DNA of 64,000 nucleotides from Callorhinchus milii (lineage: Eukaryota): the NCBI RefSeq assembly GCF_018977255.1, contig NW_024704743.1, positions 11,286,001 to 11,350,000 of the forward strand, given 5' to 3'. The translations under genes were made by a program, and so were the position numbers. This document shows, piece by piece, positions 50,985 to 63,127 of the stretch; positions within the stretch are counted from its first letter, which is position 1; each line of letters begins with the position of its first letter. A model generated the notes under the pieces. It did no database searches. It was not told the origin of the DNA and saw nothing but the letters and a program-made list of their open reading frames with translations.

Positions 50985-51390
50985 CCTGAGCTGCTTCCCA
51001 CCATGAGCCTTTGTCCCTCCACTACTCCCGCTCGATCCTTCTCTCCCACTGCCCTCCCTGTTTCTTATCCCTGCTCAACCATTCAAAAGCCTCCCTCTGT
51101 TCCAGCCTGCGAATCCTTCATTGAGCCCACTGTGGCAAACATCAACATCCTCACCCTCACAGAAACCTGGGTCACCCCAGGCGACACCTTCCCCCTGACC
51201 AGTGTTGGTGTGGCTCATCTCCAGGTTCCCACTCAGCCTATCCCCTACTCCTCCAATTTATTCCCCTCCTTCGAGCACCTGATCCTCCACCATCCCTCCA
51301 ATCTTTCCCTCAAAATTCTTCTGATTTATTGCCCCCCCACTCAACTCTCCCCCATCTTCGGCTCAGATATCTCCACCCTCCAACCTTCCT
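50985..51390 (+). mobile_element. L2 endonuclease fragment
   Basis: ILTLTETWVTP..SFEHL..LLIYCPP. Confidence 0.7.
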
Positions 51391-51471
51391 ATCATCTCTA
51401 TACTCCTGTCTTATAAAATACTTTAGGGATCCCTTTTATATTACCCGTTAATCTTTTCTCATGTAATGAGA

Positions 51472-53198
51472 ATGAGAAAAGATTGGCAGGTAACATAAAA
51501 AGGAACCCTAAAGTATTTCATAAGCATATAAAGAATAAAAGGTTAGTCAAAGGTAGGGTGGGACTGATGAGGGAACAAAAAAGAAATCTTGTGGAGACAG
51601 AGGACATGGCTGACGTACCGAATGAGTACTTTGCATCTGTCTTCACAAAAGAAGAGGATGCAGCCAATGCCACAGCATCAGAGGAGAGGGTAGAGAAATT
51701 GGATGGGATAAAAATAAACAGAGGAAGTACTAAAAAGGTTGACGGTGCTCAAGGTAAATAAGTCATCTAGTCCAGCCGGGATGCATCCTAGGTTTCTGGA
51801 GGAAGTAAAGGTGGAAATAGCAGAGGCTCTGGCCACAATCTTTCAATCCTCTTTGGACACCGGGGTGATGCCACAGGACTGGTTGCAAATATTCCCCTGT
51901 ACAAAAAGGGGCAGAATGATAAACCTGGGAAGTACAGGCTAGTCAGCCTAACGTCAGTAGTGGGGAAACTTGTAGAGAATATAATCCGGGACAAAATTAG
52001 AAAAATATGGGTTAATAAAGGACAGCCAACATGGATTTGTTAAAGGCAAATCATGTTTAACAAACCTGATAGAGTTTTTTGATGAAGTAACTGAGAGGGT
52101 GGATGAACGTAGTGCAGTTGATATAGTTTATATGGATTTTCAAAAGGCGTTTGATAAAGTGCCAAATAATACACTTGTAAGCAAAATAGAAGCCCATAGT
52201 ATTAAAGGAACAGTGGATACAAAGATGGTTGGGAGAGAGAAAGGAGAGAATGGTGGTAGACAGTTGTTTCTCTGACTGGAGGGAAGTATACAGTGGTGTC
52301 CACGTTAGGACTACTTTTCTTTTTAATCCATATAAATGACTTGAACCTGGGTATAGGTAGCACAATTCCAAGTTTGCAGATGATACGAAACTAGAAAAAG
52401 TAGTAACAGACTGCAGGAGGACATAGACAGACTGATAAAATGGGTAGACACGTGGCAGATAAAATTTAATGCAAAGTTTGGGAGGAAGAATGAGGAGAGG
52501 CAATATAAGCTAGAAGGTACAATCTTAAAGGGGGTGCAGGAGCAGAGAGAACTGGGGATTCACTTAAGCAAATCTTTGAAGGTGGCAGAACAGGTAGATT
52601 AAGCTGTTAAAAAAGCACAAAGGGTCTTTGACTTTATAATACAAAAGTAAGGAGGTTATGATTCACTTTTATTAAAACATTGATTAGGTCTCAGCTAGAA
52701 TACTGTGTTCAATTCTGGGCACCACACTTTAGGAAGGATATCAAGGCCTTGGAGAGGATGCAAAGGAAATTTGGCAGGATGGTACTAGGAATAAGGGACT
52801 TGAGTTATGTGGAGAGACTAGAGAAACTAGGAATGTTCTCCTTGGAGCAAAGAAGGTTAAGAGGAGTTTTAATAGAGGTGTTCAAAATTATGAGGGATTT
52901 GATAGTGTGAACATGGAGAAACTTTTTCCACTGGCGGGTGGCGGGATAGTTGTCAAAAGAACCAGAGGGGAGATGAAAAACAACACAGCATATTGTTTGG
53001 ATCTGGAATTCACTGCCTGAAAGGATGGTGAAGTCGATTCGATAACAATTTTCAAGAGAGAAGTGGATAGATATTTGGGGAGGACAAATTTGCAAGGCTA
53101 TAGGGAGAGACCGGGGAAGTGGGATTAATTTGGATAACTCTTTCAAAGAGCCGGCACGGGCACGATAGGCTGAATGGCCTCCTTCTGTGCTGTATAAT
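51472..53198 (+). mobile_element. CR1 LINE, 5'-truncated (RT and 3' end)
   Basis: NEYFASVFTKE, YMDFQKAFDKVP, KFADD, LEYCVQFWAPH and RRLRG. 3' end GGCTGAATGGCCTCCTTCTGTGCTGTA. Confidence 0.92.
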
Positions 53199-53199
53199 A

Positions 53200-53418
53200 G
53201 CACCATTCCACAGTCCCTCCTCCTCGCCTTACCTCCTTCAAGACCCGTCTCAAGAACCATCCTCTTCGACCGTGCCTTCGGTCACACTCCTACCCCTTCC
53301 CTCCCTGGCCTCCATCCCTCCTGATTCCAACCACCAGCTCAGGTGCAGTTCCCTGCCGTTCTCCTTGGAAAGTCCTCCTGATGTGAAAGGTGCTATACAA
53401 ATGAAATTTGTTGTTGTA
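53200..53418 (+). mobile_element. L2 3' end
   Basis: FKTRLKNHPLRP-like end, then tail GTGAAAGGTGCTATACAAATG..TTGTTGTTG. Confidence 0.75.
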
Positions 53419-53571
53419 TCAAATATAAGGATTATTATTATTGCTATTAATCCATATTACTGCACTCAAATTGATGGGAAGCATGCTTGTGGGACAGTGT
53501 TTCATCCTCTCTTCCCCCCCCCCATCCCGCCCACCACCAAGGAAAATTTGCAGTGAGTCAGTCCTCATCGA

Positions 53572-53937
53572 TAATAATAATAATTCTTGCGTTTGATCCT
53601 TGCCTCATCACAACATTGAGAAGTCTCAAAGCGCTTTACAGAATACATTGTAAAGTGAATCAGCTGTGTATTTTGTGGGTAAAACTCGGCAGCCAATTGT
53701 GCACAGCAGTCCCACAAACAGTCGTGGATTGAGTGTCCAAATTTTTTTTTGGAAAGACTATTACCCCCGGGAAGTGATCAGCCAATCGACTAACAACTGG
53801 TTCCTACTTACAGCTAGGTAAACAGAGGCGTGTGGAGTAAGGAAACTTGCCCAAGATTTCACCCCGCCTGGTAATCAAACCAGGGTTCTCTCACTTGCAA
53901 GGCGAGCACGTTAACCACTACACTATGGGACTCCACA
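53572..53937 (-). mobile_element. SINE family A, full length
   Basis: Reverse complement reads head GTGGAGTCCCATAG.. through tail. Confidence 0.88.
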
Positions 53938-55784
53938 GCTACAGCAACAGCTGGGATGACAGAGTCACAGGCAGCCGTGGTTCAATGCCAGGGAAAACAT
54001 AGCGAGACCCATTGTCCAAACACCCGCTGTATTCTGAAAGCTGTTAATCTCACTGCAAAGCGGAGCACAGCAGATATGGCACCAGATTTGTGTTTTGCTG
54101 TTGAAACGCCACTCCGCATTTTCCAATACGCCTCAGTGCTTGCTGTTCATACATTGAAGTATTTGACTCAATTATTAAGGCGCTTGATTAAGTCTGAACA
54201 TTCTGCTGCAGAAAGAAGACTCTCAGTCATCATCTATGCCGTAAGTCACACTTGGAAGTTGGTTTTAATACAAAATACATTGTTTTAAACAATCAATTCA
54301 CTTCACGTTATATTCTGTGAAGTGCTTTGAGACATGATAAGGTGCTATATCAAATGCAAGTATTATTATTACTGGTATTCATAGGTCAGCAAGTTTGAGT
54401 CACTTTTCTTTTGTACACCATATTTGCTTTCAAAAGGGAACAAGATAAGACACTAAAAAGGAGTCAACTACATCAACAACAACAAATTAAATTTATATAG
54501 CACCCTTCATGTCGGGAGATGTCCCAAGGCACCTAAGGATATCTACAAGGGTGGAAACATAGAAATCTACAGCACAGAACAAAGCCATTTAGTCCATCAA
54601 GCCTTGAACAGATATAATAATAATCTGTGCATTTGATATAGTGCTTTTCACAATTGTTCATAGACAATTGTTGACCAAGTGTCATTGGCATCTGTTTGTT
54701 GGCAAACAAGTTCCATTTACTTAGTGCCCTTCAAGTCAGATAATACTAAAAATCCTTGCTTTTTTTGATAATCACTCGGAGAGCTTCACAGGGTCAGGGT
54801 TGGACTCCGAGCAAGGGAAAGGGGAGACTGAGGGGGAAAAGGGGGAAGTGACCGTAAGAGTGGTCAAAGATGAACGTTTACAAAAAGAACAACAACATTA
54901 TCAACAACTTACATTTATATAAGTGAATCGTGAGGGGCTTTATGACATTCATGCACCCTTCATGTGAGGTAGTATCTCGAAGCACTTAAAGATGGACAGA
55001 GTGGGGAATAACAACAGGAACAACAAGGTCCCAGAAACAGCCTTTAAGACTATGATTAATTTATTTGAAGGATTGTCGGCCAGGACATCGGGAGAAACTT
55101 CCTTGTCCCACATAAATTGGTTACCCAACCAATTTTGTAGGACATCACTGTTCACCAATGGCTGTTGAACTGCCTACAAAATACAGTCTCTACACTTTAT
55201 AGTATATCCTGTGAAGCACTTTGAGACATCCTCTGATGTGAAAGATGCTACATCAAATGCAATTTTTTAAAAACGATTTTTAGAGTTAATAATAATGCCT
55301 GCATTTCATATAGCGCCTTATCACGTCATTGAGATATCTCAAAGCACTTCACAGAATATATTGTAAAGTAGAGTGACTGTGTATATTGTAAGCAAAAAAG
55401 TACAGTGATTCCATTTGCACGAGCGCACACCAGTCAATTTGCACTAATTTTATCAAGTTAGATACTGGACGACTTTTCCCTGTGTATTCAAGCTTAACAT
55501 CTTGTCTCATCTCTTCTTAAGCTTAAACTTCCTTCCCTTTCCCAATAGCGACATGAGAACTTTAGTATCCACCTGAACAGTGACAGACTGGACTTCAGTT
55601 TTAACGTCTCACCTGAAGGACGGCACTTGTGTCAATGCAGCACTCCCCTCTGCACTACACTGGAGCATCAGCCTGAACTGTGTGAGTTCGATGTCTCAAT
55701 TTGGGGCTACGCCAGATGAACTTAACCGGAGTCACTCATCCTGGAGAAAACAAAGGAATCTGCAGGAAAAATGTTTCCAATAAT

Positions 55785-56240
55785 TATAATAATAATCTTT
55801 GCTTTTGATATAGCGCCTTATCACAGAGTGGAGACATCTCAAAGCGCTTCACAGAATATACCATAAAGTGAAATGATTGAATATTTTGTGGTCGAAACGC
55901 AGCAACCAATTGCGCACAGCAGTGTCCCACAGACAGTCGTGAATTGAGTGACAAAATTGTTTTTTTTAAAGGATTATTAGACTCGGAAAGTGATCCGCCT
56001 AATAAACTAATAATCGGGTTCAACAACAAGTTGCTTTTATATAGTGCCCTTCATATCTGTAACAGTGGCGGAGCCTGACGCTGAGCCGGGGGGAAGGAAG
56101 AGGTAACCTCAAGTACAGTCAAAGAGGAAGGTCTTCAGTTGTGATCTAGAATGGGAAGGAAGGGAGGGTTCCTACTCACTACTAGGTAAACAGAGGTATG
56201 TGGAGTAAGGAAACCTGACTAAGGTTTTACCCTGCTCGAG
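55785..56240 (-). mobile_element. SINE family A split by an L2 3' insert (56022-56165)
   Basis: The SINE sequence continues across the insert. GGGTTC is duplicated at 56016-56021 and 56166-56171. Confidence 0.8.
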
Positions 56241-56519
56241 AATCATCCAATGAAGCCAAAAACATGATTTAAAATGTAGCAAAGAACTCAAATACCATGC
56301 CGAGTTAAAGCCCTCAGACTCAGAAATACTCTTGACTCACTACAAACTTTGATGAGATGCTCAATATTTATAACATCCTAAATAATACAGAAGTACCTTT
56401 TCTACGACCTTGTTCTAGGCTACATTTCATTATTTAAGGTTATGCTACATTTGATGAAACAAAACAGGTTTTGCTCTGCCTAAATGATGGATTTGTTCAC
56501 AGACCTACACCTGCTAAAC

Positions 56520-56830
56520 ACAGCAGGGGAGCATTGCATTGTCAAAGGTGGTGTCCTTCAGATGAGAGGGTTCAAACCCATCTCCACCTGTTCAGGTGGA
56601 CGTTAAATATTCCATGGTGGTATTTAAAAAGAGAAGGAAGTTTCTCTTGGTGTCTTGGCCAACAACCCCCAAATTAAAATTGGTCATTCAGCATATGGCC
56701 GTTTGTAGGATCTTGCTATGTGAAAAATTGGCTGCCGTGTTCATCTACAAAATACTTTGTCTGTTGCACTTCACAATAAATCCTGTGACATACGTTGAGG
56801 TGTTTTGATGACGTGGTAAGCCATTATATC
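56520..56830 (+). mobile_element. Deu-domain SINE fragment
   Basis: CTTCAGATGAGA..TTCAGGTGGACGTTAAATATTCCATGG..GGTGTCTTGGCCAA plus tail. Confidence 0.7.
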
Positions 56831-57846
56831 GCGTGTAACAATTATTATAATTAGCTGATGTCAATGTGCTTGTGTGCAGTGACCCAACTCACTTCCTGCA
56901 TCCCGACTAGTATTCCCGCTCTAAAAGATGAATGGCTGACTTCCATGTCCTTAGGTCACTGTAAACAGGAAATGAAGTCGGCGGCAACCTGGTGACCTAG
57001 AATTCCGCCATTATAGATGAAAATTCACAGACTTGAATGGGTAATACGGAATCTTTAGTATCCACCTGAGCAGACAGAAAACACTTTAGTTTGGCATCTG
57101 GTCCACTGGCTGGCACTTCCCATATTGCAGCCTCCCACCATCCCCCTCCACCGTAGCATCAGTCTGTGGCTTTGACATCCCAAAGTGGGGTTTGAATCTT
57201 TTGACTATAGTAGCATCATCCAGAAAAAGGTTGGAGACAGATTCTAATTCTAATAGCACCTCCTCACCCACTTAGCTCCCACCTTCAGGATTTTCATGCT
57301 TTGGGATGTCTGCCCAAATGTGAAAGGTATTAATTTTTATAGTGAATTGCATTGTTTATACTTGGGCAGGAAGGGTAAAGAGGGGTTGTGGAGGGAAGGG
57401 ATGAAATTGGAATTAGATGGAATTAAATGGAATCACAAGTTCATAAGATTGGTATGGGGAAAGAAAACACTTTGTTTTATCTCGTCTCATCCATCCAGGA
57501 CACCCAACCTATCATCTCCCCATCACAGAATCAAGCTGCTTTTTAAATGAATCCAGTTTCCTGGCCTCAATCATCTTTTCTGGCAACCTATTCCAGTCAT
57601 TGATTACCCTCTGGAAAAAGAAAACCTTCCTGGTATCTGTCCTGAAATTGCTCTTTGAAACTCTAAACATTTCTATCATGTAATAAAGTTGGTGAAACAG
57701 GTTTGACAGGCTGAATAGCCTCCTGTTCTTCCTCTAGAGATCATTACAATCAAGTCCACCCACCAACTCTATGGCTGTGAGTTGACAGAATGTCCCTTAA
57801 CTGACCAAAAAGTAAAATGCTGATGGACCTGGAACCAATTACGCAA

Positions 57847-60800
57847 TCATAGAATCATACAGCACACAAGGAGGCCATTTGGCCCATCGTGTTTGTACCG
57901 GGTCATTGAAAAGAGCTATCCAATTTAATCCCACTCCGCTGCTCTCTCCCCATAGCCCTCCGCAAATAATTATCTACTTGTCTCTTAAAAGTTCTTATCA
58001 AATCGGCTTCCATTACCCTTTCAGGCAATGCATTCCAGATCCGAACAACTCGCTGTGTAAAAAAATTCCCCTCTGTTTCTTTTAACAACCATTTTAAAAT
58101 CGGCAGTGGAAATAGTTACCGAACCAACCGGCAGTGGAAATAGTTTCTCCCTGTTCACCCTATCGAATCCCCTCATAATTTTGGAAACTTCTATTAAGTC
58201 TCCTCTTAATCTTCTCTGCTTCAAGGAGTATAATCCCAGCTTCTCTAGCCTCTCCTGAAAACTGAAGTCCCTCATTCCTGGTACCATCCTGGTAAATCTC
58301 CTTTGCACCCTCTCCAATGCCTTAACATCCTTCCTAAACTGTGGGGCCCAGAACTGAATACAGTCTCTAGCTGAGGCTTAACCAATGTTTTATAAAGGTT
58401 CATCATAACTTCCTGACTTTCGTATTCAAATCCCCTACTAGCTCAGTGGTTAGAGCACTCGCTTTGCAAGGGGGAGACCCGAGTTAAATTCCAGGCAGGG
58501 CGAAACCTTGGGCAAGTTTCCTTACTCCACACGGAGCCTAATAATATTCCCTCCAAAAAAAAACAATAATAAATTGGTCATTTTCAATCTACGACTGTTT
58601 GTGGGACATTGCTGTGCGCAATTGGCTGCCGCGTTCGCCCACAAATATACAGTCAATCCAAACGCTTTGGGATGGCTAGAAGAGGTGAAAAGCGCTATAT
58701 CAAATGCAAGGATTATTATTATTATTATTATAAAGCCTAGTATCCCATATGCTTTTTTAACAGCTTTATCTACCTGTCCTGCCACCTTCAAAGATTTACT
58801 TATATGAACCCTCAGGTCTCTCTGTTCCTTCACCCCCTTTAAGATTGTACCATCAGCTGATATTGTCTCTCCTCATTCCTTCTCCCAAAATGTATCACTT
58901 CACATTTCTCCACATTAAACTTCATCTGCCACGTGTTTGCCCATTTTAACAGTCTGTCTATGTCCATTTGCAGTCTGTTACTATCCTCTGCACTTTTTGC
59001 TATTTTTCCTAGCTTAGAATTGTCTGCAAACTTGGAACTTGTACTACCTATACCCAAGTCCAGGTCATTTATATAGAACAAAAACAGCAGTGGTCCCTGA
59101 GGGACACCACTGCACATTTCCCTCCAGTCAGATATACAACCGTTCACCACTACTCTCTGCTTTCTATCTCCCAGCCAGTTCTGTATCTATGCTGTCCTTT
59201 AGTACCATCAAAAAACTCTATCAGGTTTGTTAGACTTGATTTACCTCTAACAAATCTGTGTTGGCTGTCCTTTATTAACCCATATTTTTCTGAGACAAAA
59301 TTTATTTTGTCCCAGATTATAGTCTCTAGAAGTTTCCCCACAATTGTTGTTACGCTGACTGGCCGGTAGTTCCTGTGTTTATTCTTCTGCCCCTTTTTGT
59401 ACAGGGGAGTAACATTTGCAACCACCTTGGCTAGGTCCCTTTATAACTCACTGAACTTAGCCCTCTTCCAGTTGAGTATCTTCACCTTTGATTGCTCCTT
59501 ATCCCTTTCCATAAGTACTCTAAACCTAATGGTGTTGTGATCACTGTTTTCCAGATATTCTTCTACTGAAACCTCCTCCATTTGCCCCACTTCATTCCCC
59601 AAAACTAGATCCAGCATTGCTTCCTTCCTCATTGGGCTGGAAACACCCTGATCTGGAAAGTTATCCTGAACACAATTCAGGAATCCTTCCCCCTCCTTGC
59701 TCTTTACGCTGTTATTTTCCCAGTCTATGTTAGAATAATTGAATCCCCCATTATCACTACTCTATTGGTTTTGCATCTTTCTGAAATCTGCTTGCAGATT
59801 TGCTCGTCTATCTCCTTCCTACTATCTGGTGGTCTATAGTTTACACCTAACAAAGTAACAGCTCCTTTTCTGCTCCTCATCTCTAACCAAATAGATTCTG
59901 TTTTTAGACCCTCTAGCACATTTCCATTTCCAGGGTCGTAAGAAATGTCTTTAATCAACATTGTCACCCAACCTCCTTCTTTTCCTTCCCTATCCCTCTT
60001 GAATACATTGTAGTTAGGAATATTCAGCTCCCATTCCTGCCCGTGTTTGAGCCAGGTCTCCGTTATTGCCACTACATCATAACCCCATGTGGCAACTTGA
60101 GCCTGCAGCTCACCGACCTTATTTGTCACACTCCGTGCATTTACACACATGCAGTCCAAGACCGACTGAGTCTGTTCTGCATTTCTCCTCCATCTAATCC
60201 CTCCTTTTTCTGGATTACTCCTTATTACATGGCTATTTGTCTCTCCCAGCCCTCGATGTAACTTGTTTGTCCTCTCTTAATACTACATCCTGATTCCCTT
60301 CCCCACTCAAAATTAGTTTAAACCCTTCCCCGCAGCACTAGTTAACCTCCCTGCAAGGACATTGGTCCCAGCCCTATTCAGGTGTAACCCATCCACCTTG
60401 TACAGATCCCACCTGCTCCAAAACTGGTCCCAATGATCCAGGAACCCAAAGCCCTCCTTGTGTCATGTGTTTGATCCTGCTGTTTTGATACTCACTTGCA
60501 CGAGGCACTGCGAGTAATCCAGAGATCACCACTTTGAGGTCCTACTCTTAAGCTTTTTCCCTAGCTTCTGATATTCTCCCTGTAGGATCTCAGGCCTTTT
60601 TTCATTATGTCATGGATCCCAACATGGGTCCGATTTCTGGATATTGCCCTTCCCCCTGTAGAACGTTTTGCACCTGTTCCGTGATGTCTTCAACTCTGAC
60701 ACCAGAAATGCAACATACCAAGTGAGAGTTATGTCTTTGGTTGCAGGAACACCTGTCTACTCCTTTCACCATTGTGTCCCCAATGACAATTGCATTGATA

Positions 60801-61330
60801 CTCTTCCCTGTGTCCCCTGTGCATCCATTTGCTTTTGACTTCTCTCCCCAGAGGTGTCAAAACCCTCACTGGTATTCAGTACAGAGAACTGGTTTGTGAG
60901 TGTCACACTCTCAGGGGATTTCTGCACTGCCCATCCCTTCTTCCTACCATGCCGGGTGGTCACCCACTCACTCTCCTTCTGAACCCTCTGTGGCTGTTGG
61001 GTGACCACCTCCTGAAACATTTAATCTTTGAATTCTTCAGCCTCTATGTAGTGACATCAGCCTCTCCTCGAGCTCAGAAATTCTGAACTCAAGCTCGAGC
61101 AGCCAGAGGCACTTCCTACTCACGTGTCTGTTCAGGGCACACAAAGCATCCTGGAGTTCCCACCTGACACACATTGTGCATGCAACCAGTCTCAGCTGCC
61201 CTGCCATATTCCCAGACATGTTTTATATTATTTTAATATAGATATTATATATTATAATTCTGCATCTCTTTCCCCCTCTGCACCAAATTCCCACTCTCAC
61301 GAAATTCCTTAACAGAATTCTCACTCAGTC
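57847..61330 (-). mobile_element. CR1 LINE, near full-length decayed copy
   Basis: ORF1 has CxxC..H..C plus heptad Leu (VACTMCVRWE..LELEFRISELEERL). EN has VNARSV, VAITETWL, NYRPP, IMGD and NSDHN. RT has NYRPVS, VPQG and KFADN. 3' (ATTCT)-type tail at ~57850. Internal deletions. Confidence 0.92.
58438..58731 (+). mobile_element. SINE family A inserted into the CR1
   Basis: TAGCTCAGTGGTTAGAGCACTCGC head to (ATT)n tail. CR1 sequence resumes on both sides. Confidence 0.88.
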
Positions 61331-61639
61331 TTCTGATAAAGAACATAAAGATAAATGGCTGTGGTCAAACCTATCACTGGAGAAGACCTATCACTGGTCT
61401 CCTCCAGTGATAGATTTGACCACAGCTCTCACCAATGATCACCTTCACTGTGACATGTTCCCACAAAACCACTACAATTGGATAATTCTTACATTGGGTA
61501 CAGCGCCTTTCATGTTGGGAGGACATCCCAAAGCATTTCACAGGATTTACTGTGAAGCAAAGTGTCTATATATTTGTAAATGAGTGCGGAAGCCCAATTG
61601 CTTACATCAATGTCTCATAACCATGAAACGAAAGACCAA

Positions 61640-61880
61640 TTTTATCGTGGGGGAGGGAAACTCTCCTGTCTCTTCGAATAGTGCCATAAGATCTTTAATG
61701 TCCACCTGAATGAATAGACGGGGACCCTAGGTTTAATGTCTCATCTGAAGGACCTCACCTCCAGCAATGAAACACCCCCCACTGCAGCACTGCACTGTCA
61801 GCTTAGGCTATGTGGTGCCTGAACCCACAACCTTCTGACTCAGAGGTGAGAACCCTACCACTGCGCCAGGCTGACACCAA
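61640..61880 (-). mobile_element. Deu-domain SINE
   Basis: Reverse complement gives GTGTCAGCCTGGCGCAGTGGTAG..CTGAGTCAGAAGGTTGTGGGTTCA and Deu core. Confidence 0.75.
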
Positions 61881-62619
61881 CAATTTGCTTTATATATAAA
61901 ACACCCTGTTGGTCGTCAAGCGGGGGAGAAGGGTGGGGAATGAAATTATCATAATCTCAGTCGAAGAGGAAGGTGTTCAAGCAAAAACAACAACAACAAA
62001 ATTACATTTGTGTAGTGCCTTTCACGTCAGGAGGACATCTCAAGGTACTGGACAGACAGAGTTAAAGAGGAGGATTTCAAGAAGGCTTTAAAGAGCAAGG
62101 CAGCAAGGCGGAGAGATGAAGGGAGGGAGTAGCAGAGGTTAAGAGACGTAGTTGCTGAAGTCATGGCCTTTGACAGTGGAGCGGAAGCAAAACACATATG
62201 TGTTTTCCATCTGGTGGTGGTGGTGGTGGGAGGTGGGGGTGCGTGAATTCACAGACAATCTTGGTAGGTCGGGTCAAAGTCCAGAACCAATAGGCAGGAG
62301 TCAGATCAGGTTCAGATTGAACTGACCTGAAAATCCAAAGGCAAGACTGCTTCAATTTCCCCCCTTAAATTCCCTATTATCAATGAAGTAACTAGCGCTG
62401 GAGTTAAGCATTTTACAGAACCTGTCTTTGGCAACATCTGTGTGTAGATAGCTGGTTGGGGAGGGGGTGAAGTTGCTATCCTCAAGCTATCTGCTGTTAT
62501 TGTAAACAGGAACAAAGTCTGTCTTGGGGCACTGTTTGTCCAATAATGGGCACTTGTAGCCAGTTGCTAGGAAGATGAAACAGGTTTAAGTGTAATAGAA
62601 ACAAAGCGAAATGCTAAAA

Positions 62620-62641
62620 GAGTCCACCTGGTGTCATCCCA

Positions 62642-62672
<31 letters not shown>

Positions 62673-62951
62673 GCAAGGTTATGGGTCAAAACATGGAACC
62701 CATATAGTTGATGTTGACACTCGAGTGCAGTGCTGGTAGTGCGCTGTATTGTTAGAGGTGAATGTCAGCCTGGATTACGTGAGCTCAGAGTTCCCTGATG
62801 TGGAGGCTTGAACCCACAACTTCTGACCCAGATACCAGAGCCCTACTGACTGATGGAGATAACCCATTTTGTACTCTGGGAGCACTTTTGGTCCATCAAC
62901 TTACTAAGTTACTAGAATTGATGGACCTTTTGCCATAACCCATAACCTTGC

Positions 62952-62982
<31 letters not shown>

Positions 62983-63004
62983 TGGGATGACACCAGGTGG
63001 ACTC
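62620..63004. repeat. 385-bp unit bounded by a perfect 67-bp inverted repeat made of a SINE head
   Basis: 62620-62686 is the exact reverse complement of 62938-63004. Confidence 0.93.
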
Positions 63005-63127
63005 ATTGTATCTGTACTTAAATAGTAGTTCAGGAAAATGACAACAATGTCAAGGCATTTGCAAGGCTGAATGATAAGAGAAACTCAAGTTATTTTATGA
63101 ACGACATTAACCTCCTCTTAATCGTTC

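Noticed and set aside
12945..61330. Intact autonomous retrotransposon or domesticated RT gene
   Set aside because: Every L2 and CR1 copy has frameshifts, stops or deletions.
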